From Balneolaceae bacterium (GTDB taxonomy: Bacteria > Bacteroidota > Rhodothermia > Balneolales > Balneolaceae): a stretch of DNA of 32,000 bases. The stretch spans positions 3,044,682 through 3,076,681 of the forward strand of contig OZ252262.1 in NCBI GenBank assembly GCA_965249965.1. The letters are read 5' to 3'. How positions within the stretch are numbered: the stretch's first letter is position 1; the number at the start of each line of letters is the position of its first letter. Below, in pieces: positions 9,327 to 16,775 of the stretch. The notes beneath the pieces were generated by a model. The model was not told where the DNA came from, did not search any database, and saw only the letters and a list, made by a program, of their open reading frames with translations. The position numbers were made by a program, and so were the translations under genes.

Positions 9327-10430
9327 ATGGGAAGAGCGATGATAATTTTAGCTATTGGTGCATTCGCAACACTTGGGTTAGTTAACACTGGATTGTATGA
9401 CCAAAGGCAAAGAATTTCATTATTTAATTCAGATTATGCCAAATCAATTCAAGCGAAAAATACCGCCAATACGGCAATTCAGTTAGCAATGGAGCAGATA
9501 AATGAAAATCCTAGTTGGGCACCTACTTCAGCTAATCCATGGACTCAGGAAGTAGATGGAGCTTACATTGAGTTATATTACGATGTTTTAGCAGTTGGTT
9601 CTTCTGCTACTGAACCCGATTCAATACGAATATATAGTACTGCCTGGTTTGGAGGAAAAGGGACAAGTGGAAGCTCTGAATTCAAGAACACCTCAGAAAC
9701 ACATTCAATAATAAGTACTTATCTAAAATCAGGCTTACACTTTGTACCTGAAGCAGTTGGAGGATTAGGTCTTGCTAGTGGAAACTTTAATTTTAATATG
9801 AGTGGCAGTGCTTCCATTAATGGAAATGATGCAAGCGGTACTTGTGATGACATTCCAGCTATAACCGTTCCATCCGCACTTGATTATACAGAAGTTATAA
9901 GTGGCGCAAATTTATCGAATTTAGAGAGTGATGCAGGAAAAATCGCCATCGATTCAGACATTTCTTACAGCCCTGTTGATGAACTTATTGAACGCTTAAG
10001 TAATGAACCCGGAGTGGTAAATATTAGCGGAAATTATAAAGGAGATTTCGGAACAGAAGATGATCCAGGAATATTCTTCGTAGAATCTTATGCGAAACTT
10101 ACAGGTGGAATACCTGATGGTTATGGAATATTGGTAATCAGATCGGGTGGTGAATTAGAATATGAAGGCGCTCTTTCTGTAGCTGGAAACTTCACATTTA
10201 ACGGACTTATTGTATTTGAAAATGCCTTTGACTTTGATGGGAAAGGAACTCCGGATCTAAATGGTTCAGTATTAATTGGTAATACCCCTGGCAATAACAC
10301 CATTCTTGATATTGATTTAAGTGGTAATCTACAGATCCAGTATAATTGTGAGTCACTTGATTACGCCAGAGTAGCTTCAGCTACTCATTTAAAACAAAAT
10401 AGGTATACAAGAATTAGTACCTTCGAGTAA
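9327..10430 (+). CDS. PilX-like large minor-pilin-type protein, cassette A member 3 (367 aa)
   Basis: MGRAMIILAIGAFATLGLVN followed by DYAKSIQAKNTANTAIQLAMEQINENPSW resembles the PilX N-terminal pattern (hydrophobic helix, then qA..aAeaG...). It is paralogous to 11569-13062. Confidence 0.45.
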   Translation: MGRAMIILAIGAFATLGLVNTGLYDQRQRISLFNSDYAKSIQAKNTANTAIQLAMEQINENPSWAPTSANPWTQEVDGAYIELYYDVLAVGSSATEPDSIRIYSTAWFGGKGTSGSSEFKNTSETHSIISTYLKSGLHFVPEAVGGLGLASGNFNFNMSGSASINGNDASGTCDDIPAITVPSALDYTEVISGANLSNLESDAGKIAIDSDISYSPVDELIERLSNEPGVVNISGNYKGDFGTEDDPGIFFVESYAKLTGGIPDGYGILVIRSGGELEYEGALSVAGNFTFNGLIVFENAFDFDGKGTPDLNGSVLIGNTPGNNTILDIDLSGNLQIQYNCESLDYARVASATHLKQNRYTRISTFE

Positions 10431-10555
10431 ATATTAGATTTTTATTGAATTCTTAATATTTATTTTTTCATTAAAAAAATCTTATACGAATTAGAGCAAA
10501 TTAATGGCATAAATGGTTATTGGGAGCTACTTTCTATATACCAAAACCAGCAACC

Positions 10556-10975
10556 ATGAGCAGCTACGCAGAAATATTTTACTTACTTGGAGCAATGGTA
10601 GTTTTTTCCTTCCTATCGCTCAATACAGCAAGAAGCTTTAATTCTTCGCGTCAAACCATTTATCAAGCTGAAGCAGAGTACCGAGCAATTGCTGTTGCAC
10701 AAGATGAACTTGATAAAGTTCAGTGGATCTATGAACCTGACGATTTAGACCCATCCAGTGGAAGTTATGTATACGCAAATTACCCAATAGAGGAAGTACA
10801 TAATTATGGAAGTAGCAACCAGTATAGTTCAACATTTATTATAGATGGAAATTCAGAGTTAATTGAAGATACTGGTTCAATGAAACGGTATCAGGTTACT
10901 GTATCCGTACTTAACCAAAATGTTACTCCCGAAGTATTTATTACTTTGGAATACGTAAAATCATATACCTACTAA
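10556..10975 (+). CDS. Pilin/pseudopilin-like protein, cassette B member 1 (139 aa from ATG 10556; the ORF track starts at TTG 10520)
   Basis: The ATG at 10556 gives MSSYAEIFYLLGAMVVF..., which is collinear with paralog MAGYTELL... at 8198. The TTG-extended 12 residues have no counterpart in that paralog. Confidence 0.5.
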   Translation: MSSYAEIFYLLGAMVVFSFLSLNTARSFNSSRQTIYQAEAEYRAIAVAQDELDKVQWIYEPDDLDPSSGSYVYANYPIEEVHNYGSSNQYSSTFIIDGNSELIEDTGSMKRYQVTVSVLNQNVTPEVFITLEYVKSYTY

Positions 10976-11559
10976 TGAACGCCGGATTAGCCATAACATT
11001 TGTAATTGGAGGAGTTTTCCTAATCTCTATCCTTGCGTTCAATAATTCCGTGTTGAATCAAACACAAGAAATTACCTTGAGCACCATCAACCAAAATGCA
11101 TTGGATAATTTGGTTGATGTATTAGATAACGATTTTAATAAAATAGGTTTTAACTCTGGAACCGCTGTCCCATTTACTGCCATCACTGATAAAAACATCA
11201 TTTTTCAAGGGGATGTATATGACACTGATAGCTACGGGTCAACTAACATTCGATGGTATTTCGATACCACCGACCCAGTTTCAGGTACTTCAAATCCTAA
11301 TGACTATTATTTAAAAAGAACCGGACCTATCGGTACAAGTAGTTATGGGACGATTGAATTTCCGGTTGTGTATTTCGATATGAACTATTACACCGCAGAT
11401 GGAACACCTACTACTGATAAAGCTTCAGTTAAAAAGATCGAAGTTGAAGTAATGATTGAAACCGGAGAACCATACACCGTAAATAGCGATTCTAAGCAAT
11501 ATCCACGCTTGGTATGGAAAAGAATATTTGTACCAAATAACATTAACTTACCTTATTGA
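10975..11559 (+). CDS. Pilin-like (PilW/GspJ-like) protein, cassette B member 2 (194 aa)
   Basis: Its start overlaps the previous stop (TAATG at 10973-10977). It has an N-terminal helix (LAITFVIGGVFLISILAF) and shares motifs with 8701-9315. Confidence 0.45.
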   Translation: MNAGLAITFVIGGVFLISILAFNNSVLNQTQEITLSTINQNALDNLVDVLDNDFNKIGFNSGTAVPFTAITDKNIIFQGDVYDTDSYGSTNIRWYFDTTDPVSGTSNPNDYYLKRTGPIGTSSYGTIEFPVVYFDMNYYTADGTPTTDKASVKKIEVEVMIETGEPYTVNSDSKQYPRLVWKRIFVPNNINLPY

Positions 11560-11568
11560 GGAGTAGTC

Positions 11569-13062
11569 ATGGGTAGAAGTTTATTGTTTTTAGTCTCAGG
11601 ACTAACCATAATTACCGGCATTATTCAAGTAAATAATTCAGAGCGAATTACAGAAATTCCTGAAATCTCTGTTGATTATTACAAAGCACAGCAAGCTAGA
11701 AATTTATCGAAGTCATTAATCGATAATGCGGTTGAAACTATGAAAACCAATAATAATTGGGCAGGAAGTATTAATATTTCCGAAGTAGTTGATACACTCG
11801 CCCTATTATCAAGAAATAATGATGCAAGAAAACTATTGGCTTTAGGCGAACTTAGTTTAGATGAAGTGGTATCGATAGAAAATGAACTAGAAGAGGAGCT
11901 CGCTGCACTTCTTGAAAACCCACAGAGCGGTTACTCCCCTGGAGTAGAAGTAACTGGTAAGTTATCCAGCTATACGCAAACCAGCCAAAATAAACCATCA
12001 AACAATAGTGTTGGGACTTGGGATGAATATAAAGTCCTATTACTCAGTACATCTACATATGATGATATTCAGGTTACTACCGAAGTGCTGATGCAGCGCG
12101 ACTCTTATTCAAAATATTCATACAATACACAATCAGAACTTAGTGCCTCAGGTAGTACTATTTGGTTTATGGATGCCGATAATATTTATGGGCCAATTCA
12201 CACCAATGGTCAGTTTGCAATGTCAGGTAATCCATCATTTTACGGCCTGGTAACTAGTCCAAATATGTGGCGCGCTCATTCTACCAATCCAACTAACCCA
12301 AATTTTTATGGTGGTGAAAACTTCAATGCACCTGTAAAATCAGCCCCTTCAAGTTACGAAGTAAGTAGGTTGGTAACTGCAGCTAACGACGGTGGTAAGA
12401 GGTATTCTGGTGATATAGATGCAAATTTTTATTACGATGCAAATGGTGGCTATGTAGATATTACTTATGGTGGTTCATCGGGTAATGGTTGTGCATATTG
12501 GATGTGGTGGTGTACCCCAATTCCCCCTACTCCACCAACAGTTGAAACTGTTGATTTATCAACCATAAATGGTGTTATCTCAACAGATGGTGAAATTACC
12601 GTACAAGGTGACGTAAATGGGAATGTAACATTACACTCAGAAGATGAAATACAAATTATGGGCGATATTGAGTATAAAACAAGCCCTTTGGTTGATTCAA
12701 CTTCAACTGATTTATTGGGATTAGTAAGTGAAGGAAATGTATTGGTTGACCGTTATGCACATACAGTAAATGGTACACAAGATTTAACCGTACATGCTTC
12801 CATAGTGGCAATCAATACTTCATTTTCTGTAGAAAACTACTATTCGGGCGGAGCCAGAGGTACCCTTAATATGCTTGGAGGTTTAATCCAACAAAATCGA
12901 GGCCCGGTAGGAACATTCTCCGGCTCAACTATTGTATCCGGTTATTCAAAAAATTATCAATATGACAATCGATTGAAAGCTAGTATACCTCCATCCTTCC
13001 CGCGCGAGAGCATATTTTCGATCGTTTACTGGAAAGACGAAATAACTAAAATTTCAGATTAA
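11569..13062 (+). CDS. PilX-like large minor-pilin-type protein, cassette B member 3 (497 aa)
   Basis: MGRSLLFLVSGLTIITGIIQVN followed by DYYKAQQARNLSKSLIDNAVETMKTNNNW. The C-terminal region GTLNMLGGLIQQNRGPVGTFSG...GYSKNYQYDNRL...PPSFP resembles large PilX-type proteins as I remember them. It also contains the motif CAYWMWWCTPIPPTPPT. Confidence 0.45.
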   Translation: MGRSLLFLVSGLTIITGIIQVNNSERITEIPEISVDYYKAQQARNLSKSLIDNAVETMKTNNNWAGSINISEVVDTLALLSRNNDARKLLALGELSLDEVVSIENELEEELAALLENPQSGYSPGVEVTGKLSSYTQTSQNKPSNNSVGTWDEYKVLLLSTSTYDDIQVTTEVLMQRDSYSKYSYNTQSELSASGSTIWFMDADNIYGPIHTNGQFAMSGNPSFYGLVTSPNMWRAHSTNPTNPNFYGGENFNAPVKSAPSSYEVSRLVTAANDGGKRYSGDIDANFYYDANGGYVDITYGGSSGNGCAYWMWWCTPIPPTPPTVETVDLSTINGVISTDGEITVQGDVNGNVTLHSEDEIQIMGDIEYKTSPLVDSTSTDLLGLVSEGNVLVDRYAHTVNGTQDLTVHASIVAINTSFSVENYYSGGARGTLNMLGGLIQQNRGPVGTFSGSTIVSGYSKNYQYDNRLKASIPPSFPRESIFSIVYWKDEITKISD

Positions 13063-13065
13063 TCA

Positions 13066-13446
13066 ATGAGAGTTCTTTTTGTAACACTATTTCTAATTGT
13101 ATTTACAATAGTAGCAGAAGCCCAATCTGTTACTTTTAATGTAAATCTAAAACCTCAATTAGAAGACAGTTCATTTGTACCTGGGCGCGATGAATTAAAA
13201 ATAGTTGGTGATTTATATCCTTTAAATACACCCACACCGTACATACTTTTTGATGAAGAACCCATAGATAGTGTGTATTCAATTACAGTGCGTTTTTCAT
13301 CGCGTTTTCGAAATCAAACTCTTACCTATAATTTCGAAATGTTGTCAAACTATGTGCGTTTAACTGAAGTTCTTCCAAGGAATTTACAACTCCAGGGCAG
13401 AGAAGTTGATCTTGACGCAATGTATTTCAATGCCTTCGCCTGGTAA
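13066..13446 (+). CDS. Small secreted protein (126 aa), possible beta-sandwich/CBM20-like fold
   Basis: Starts 3 nt after the previous stop. It has a signal peptide (MRVLFVTLFLIVFTIVAEAQ). VTFNVNL...ELKIVGD...YSITVRF weakly resembles CBM20-type modules, so the function call is weak. Confidence 0.3.
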   Translation: MRVLFVTLFLIVFTIVAEAQSVTFNVNLKPQLEDSSFVPGRDELKIVGDLYPLNTPTPYILFDEEPIDSVYSITVRFSSRFRNQTLTYNFEMLSNYVRLTEVLPRNLQLQGREVDLDAMYFNAFAW

Positions 13447-13537
13447 ATAATAGATTAATATATTAGCATAATTAGGAAAGACTAACTGCTACTAAAGTAG
13501 CTATACTTTAAATTTAGGTTAAAACTTTGTTAGTCAT

Positions 13538-14029
13538 ATGAGGAGATTATTCATCCTATTTTTTGCTGTTTACCCCTCGATAATTTTTGCTCAAGGTAGT
13601 AATGTTGCTGCTGAAGTAAGTATTCAGGCAAATGTAATTCAAACTATTGAGTTAATTACTGTGAACTCTATGACGTTTGGAAATAATCAACCAGGCCAGC
13701 TGATTATTTATGTTAACCCTGTTAACGACTTAAATGCAGGCTTTATGATTGCCAGTGGTACACCGGAAGCTGAATTTCGACTTGATTATGAATTAGAGCG
13801 TCAGCTAAATAGAGTCGAAGGGGATGGTTTCTTAACTTTTAGGTACGAATTATCTGCTAATACACTAGAAGATCAGGCAAGTTCACAAATAATCGATTAT
13901 GAAAATCGAAATTTACGTTTTAATAATGAAGGTCTTTATTATATCTGGGTAGGCGGAGAAGTAAACTTGGAAAATGCACGACCAGGAAACTACGAAGGCG
14001 ATTTCACAATTGAGATTGACTATATCTAA
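13538..14029 (+). CDS. DUF4402-like secreted fibre subunit (163 aa)
   Basis: Signal peptide MRRLFILFFAVYPSIIFAQ. It has an N-proximal MTFGN motif and the C-terminal motif PGNYEGDFTIEIDYI, both shared with the next three ORFs. Confidence 0.5.
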   Translation: MRRLFILFFAVYPSIIFAQGSNVAAEVSIQANVIQTIELITVNSMTFGNNQPGQLIIYVNPVNDLNAGFMIASGTPEAEFRLDYELERQLNRVEGDGFLTFRYELSANTLEDQASSQIIDYENRNLRFNNEGLYYIWVGGEVNLENARPGNYEGDFTIEIDYI

Positions 14030-14032
14030 TTA

Positions 14033-14614
14033 ATGAAAGGTTTAACATTCATAGTAGTCTGTTTATTAATGTGCTCTACTTTAAAAGCGCAAGAAATAGA
14101 CTTTGGTAGCTTTAGTAGTAGTTACTCAGTTACTTTATCAGAGTTCAGTCCGGGTGCTGAAATCGATTTTGGCACTGTATTCGAAGATGTTTCGCCTTTT
14201 TCTGTAGATATTAGCAGCGCTGTTATTCTCACAATTGAAGGTGTGAGATATCTTGACATAATTGTTGATCTAAATGGACCTGACAATATTACTTTAAATG
14301 GTGATCCATGTGGTGCCAGCTCTTGCCAGGTAGATTTTGATTTAAAAGCTTCCTACGCCAACAGAGGAATATTAAATACTAGTCATGCAGTTAATTTCAG
14401 TGTTAATGGCTCAAATGACGCAAGTGCACAGTTCCCAATAAAATACAGAGGAAATGCGCCTCCTGGACCACCTCCTACTCCCGTATATGAAGGATTCAAT
14501 CCCTCTCTTTTTAATGAAACTGCTTATTTATTTCTGTATGGTGATATTACTGTGGGAAATGTTACCGCAGGATCATATTCTGGAACAATAAATGTAACTA
14601 TTAATTATGATTAG
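14033..14614 (+). CDS. DUF4402-like secreted subunit (193 aa), candidate specialised/tip subunit
   Basis: Signal peptide MKGLTFIVVCLLMCSTLKAQ, an IDFGT motif and C-terminal AGSYSGTINVTINYD. It additionally carries the Cys pair GDPCGASSCQ and the Pro-rich stretch APPGPPPTP. Confidence 0.5.
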   Translation: MKGLTFIVVCLLMCSTLKAQEIDFGSFSSSYSVTLSEFSPGAEIDFGTVFEDVSPFSVDISSAVILTIEGVRYLDIIVDLNGPDNITLNGDPCGASSCQVDFDLKASYANRGILNTSHAVNFSVNGSNDASAQFPIKYRGNAPPGPPPTPVYEGFNPSLFNETAYLFLYGDITVGNVTAGSYSGTINVTINYD

Positions 14615-15128
14615 GCTATTTCTCATCATATTAATACATGTGGTTTCACAAATACATTTGCATTCACAGTTTATCAATTTACAAATAAGAGTTGAACCAG
14701 AATTATCAGCAACAGTTGAACAAGATCTAAATTTTGGGCAATTAGTAATTAATTCTGGAATAACAGAAATAAGACTTGGCGACGTGAATATGGGTATTTT
14801 TAATATTCGTGCCTATTACACGCAAAATATTTATGTGAGCCTCGATTTTCCTACTGCATTGATTCATGATAATCCTGCCATTAAAGATGTTATCCCAATG
14901 GATTTAGACGTTGCATATAACAATACAGGTAGTAGAAGTGTGTTTAATTCAACTGAATTAGAGGGTAATGAAGGTTTCCTACCTGTGACAGAAAACGTAT
15001 TAGTTACCCAACGAAACCAAGAGATATGGCAAGAATTACTACTATTTGTATACGGCTCAATTGATGTAGGAAATGTTAATGAAGGTCTGTATTCAGGTGA
15101 AATCCTACTATTTGTAGACTATGATTAA
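14607..15128 (+). CDS. DUF4402-like secreted subunit (173 aa)
   Basis: Overlaps the previous ORF by 8 nt. It has a hydrophobic N-terminus, an LNFGQ motif and C-terminal EGLYSGEILLFVDYD. Confidence 0.45.
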   Translation: MIRLFLIILIHVVSQIHLHSQFINLQIRVEPELSATVEQDLNFGQLVINSGITEIRLGDVNMGIFNIRAYYTQNIYVSLDFPTALIHDNPAIKDVIPMDLDVAYNNTGSRSVFNSTELEGNEGFLPVTENVLVTQRNQEIWQELLLFVYGSIDVGNVNEGLYSGEILLFVDYD

Positions 15129-15134
15129 TTACTT

Positions 15135-15168
15135 AAAAACTCTTAGACAATTTTAATTAAGAGTTTTT
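15135..15168 (+). terminator. AT-rich perfect 11-bp inverted repeat; weak intrinsic-terminator/attenuator candidate
   Basis: aaaaactctta (15135-15145) pairs perfectly with taagagttttt (15158-15168) around a 12-nt loop, 7 nt after the stop at 15128. Only two G:C pairs are present. Confidence 0.35.
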
Positions 15169-15238
15169 AACTAGGATTGAAAAAGAGATATAAATAATTT
15201 TATACCAGAATTTAAAAGCCAAACTAAACTTTAGAATC

Positions 15239-15790
15239 ATGAAATCACTAAAAAATATCCTTTCTGCTTTTGCATTAGTTGCATTATTAACTACTGCCAC
15301 TTTCGCTCAGGAAAATACTGACGTTAATATTGGAGCAGTTGTTCTTGCAGATATTACTTTAACAAAAAATGCTGATGTAAGCTTCGGTAACATCCAGGAT
15401 ACTGGTAGCCCTGTACTTGACCCTCAAGGAACTAACACTGCAGCAGTTGGTGCAGGTGCTACTTTTGGTAAATTGACAATTGGCGCTGCTAACACAACTC
15501 AGCTTCTAATTGATTGGGATCAAACAACTGTTACGTTAAGTGATGGAACTAACAGCATGACTTTTACTCCAGATATTTCTGCTAACAGTACAGATGATAT
15601 TGCTACTTCTTCTGATGTGACTAAGAACACTGCAAATGCTGCTACTGAAACTTCTGCAGGTGGTGCACTTTTTGTTTATATCGGTGGAGATCTTGGAACA
15701 CTTTCAAGTCAAGCAGCTGGTACTTACACTTCTGATAGTGGAACTGCTGGCGCATCTGGTGATCTTAACATCACAGTTAATTATCAATAA
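15239..15790 (+). CDS. DUF4402-family protein (183 aa), candidate major fibre subunit
   Basis: Signal peptide MKSLKNILSAFALVALLTTATFAQ, followed by Thr/Ala/Gly/Ser-rich low-complexity sequence. The VSFGN motif and C-terminal AAGTYTSD...LNITVNYQ closely match DUF4402 proteins as I remember them (ending ...G.Y......tVnYn). The gene has its own AT-rich 110-nt upstream region and a strong downstream terminator. Confidence 0.65.
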   Translation: MKSLKNILSAFALVALLTTATFAQENTDVNIGAVVLADITLTKNADVSFGNIQDTGSPVLDPQGTNTAAVGAGATFGKLTIGAANTTQLLIDWDQTTVTLSDGTNSMTFTPDISANSTDDIATSSDVTKNTANAATETSAGGALFVYIGGDLGTLSSQAAGTYTSDSGTAGASGDLNITVNYQ

Positions 15791-15811
15791 GAGATAATTA
15801 AAGAATATAAA

Positions 15812-15840
15812 AGTCTCACTCTTCGTGAGACTTTTTTTTT
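15812..15840 (+). terminator. Rho-independent terminator after the candidate major subunit gene
   Basis: agtctcac (15812-15819) pairs perfectly with gtgagact (15825-15832) around the 5-nt loop tcttc, followed by a T run through 15840. Confidence 0.75.
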
Positions 15841-15914
15841 GCCCTAAATCGATTCTTCGCAAATTGTTATAATATTGCTTAGAACAATTTTGAATTATTT
15901 TAACTAAATTATTC

Positions 15915-16775
15915 TTGATGGCAAATTATATCTACGCGATGAAGTCTACTATAACACTTTCAGTTATTCTTTTAATAATATCATCTATCACAATCGCTAA
16001 TGCTCAAGTAACCATTGCACCTACTAATTTATTTATAGAGGAGAATGCAAGATTTGGTACTTACATGGTGATAAATAATTCAAATGATACTCAAGAAATC
16101 TCGATTGATTTCACCTTTGCATACAGCCAAAGTGATGAGCAGGGTTACAGAACAATTGTTCAGAATGAAGATGAGATTAAGGAAGCACACTCGATTGCTG
16201 ACTATGTACGTGCATTTCCAAGGAATTTTACTTTAGCGCCTGGGCAAAGACAAGTAATTCGATTACGTCTTACCCCCCCTAATGACCTCGAAGATGGAAC
16301 ATATTGGGCTAGAATAAAAACTGCCTCAACACCAGAAACCCCACCAATCGAGTTGCAGTCTAATGATGCTGTTGCTGCTCGGGTAGGAATAAGAGTTGAA
16401 CAGGTAACAGGATTATTCTATAAAAAAGGATCGGTTAGTACAGGGATTGAAATTGAGGAAATTAGAACAGAATATGATTCTGAAAGCGAGAATCTAATCG
16501 TGCTGATTGATCACCAAAGAACAGGGAATAGCCCATTTCTTGGCTCTATAATCACGTCAATCATTGACAGTAATGGCCAAGAGGTTCGTAGAGGATTCTT
16601 ATCAACTTCACTATATTTTGATGGAATTTTCAGGCAAGAATTTGAAATTGGAGATCTCCCTAATGGAGAGTATTTAATTCGAGCAACCTTCGAAAGTAAT
16701 AGAAGCGATATCCCAGAATCTGACTTAGTACAGATGCAAAGTGTTACAGAAACCACAACTTTTACGAAGCGTTGA
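15915..16775 (+). CDS. PapD-like periplasmic pilus chaperone (286 aa; the true start may be ATG 15939)
   Basis: Signal peptide MKSTITLSVILLIISSITIANAQ. VTIAPTNLFIEENARFGTYMVINNSNDTQEISIDF and FPRNFTLAPGQRQVIRLRL...LEDGTYWARIKTASTP follow the chaperone N-domain pattern (v.i.P.r......v.N, then PP.f.l.pg..q.vRi...D.E..f.l.v..iP). The size fits two Ig-like domains. Confidence 0.6.
   Translation: MMANYIYAMKSTITLSVILLIISSITIANAQVTIAPTNLFIEENARFGTYMVINNSNDTQEISIDFTFAYSQSDEQGYRTIVQNEDEIKEAHSIADYVRAFPRNFTLAPGQRQVIRLRLTPPNDLEDGTYWARIKTASTPETPPIELQSNDAVAARVGIRVEQVTGLFYKKGSVSTGIEIEEIRTEYDSESENLIVLIDHQRTGNSPFLGSIITSIIDSNGQEVRRGFLSTSLYFDGIFRQEFEIGDLPNGEYLIRATFESNRSDIPESDLVQMQSVTETTTFTKR

Noticed and set aside
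10430-10480. Inverted repeats in the spacer between the two pilin-like cassettes (aatatta/taatatt at 10430-10460 around a GAATTC core; atttttt/aaaaaat at 10462-10480)
   Set aside because: The stems are purely A/T and 7 bp long, in an AT-rich spacer, and could arise by chance. There is no recognisable operator or promoter consensus.
10520-10555. TTG-initiated 12-codon N-terminal extension (MGATFYIPKPAT) of the cassette-B member 1 ORF
   Set aside because: The paralog at 8198 starts directly at the M-x-x-Y-x-E motif with an in-frame stop just upstream. ATG 10556 reproduces that architecture, so the extension is probably not translated.
15832-15840. T9 run after the major-subunit gene as a second phase-variation tract
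   Set aside because: It is intergenic and directly follows a perfect 8-bp GC-containing hairpin. It is therefore the U-tract of an intrinsic terminator, not a coding homopolymer.
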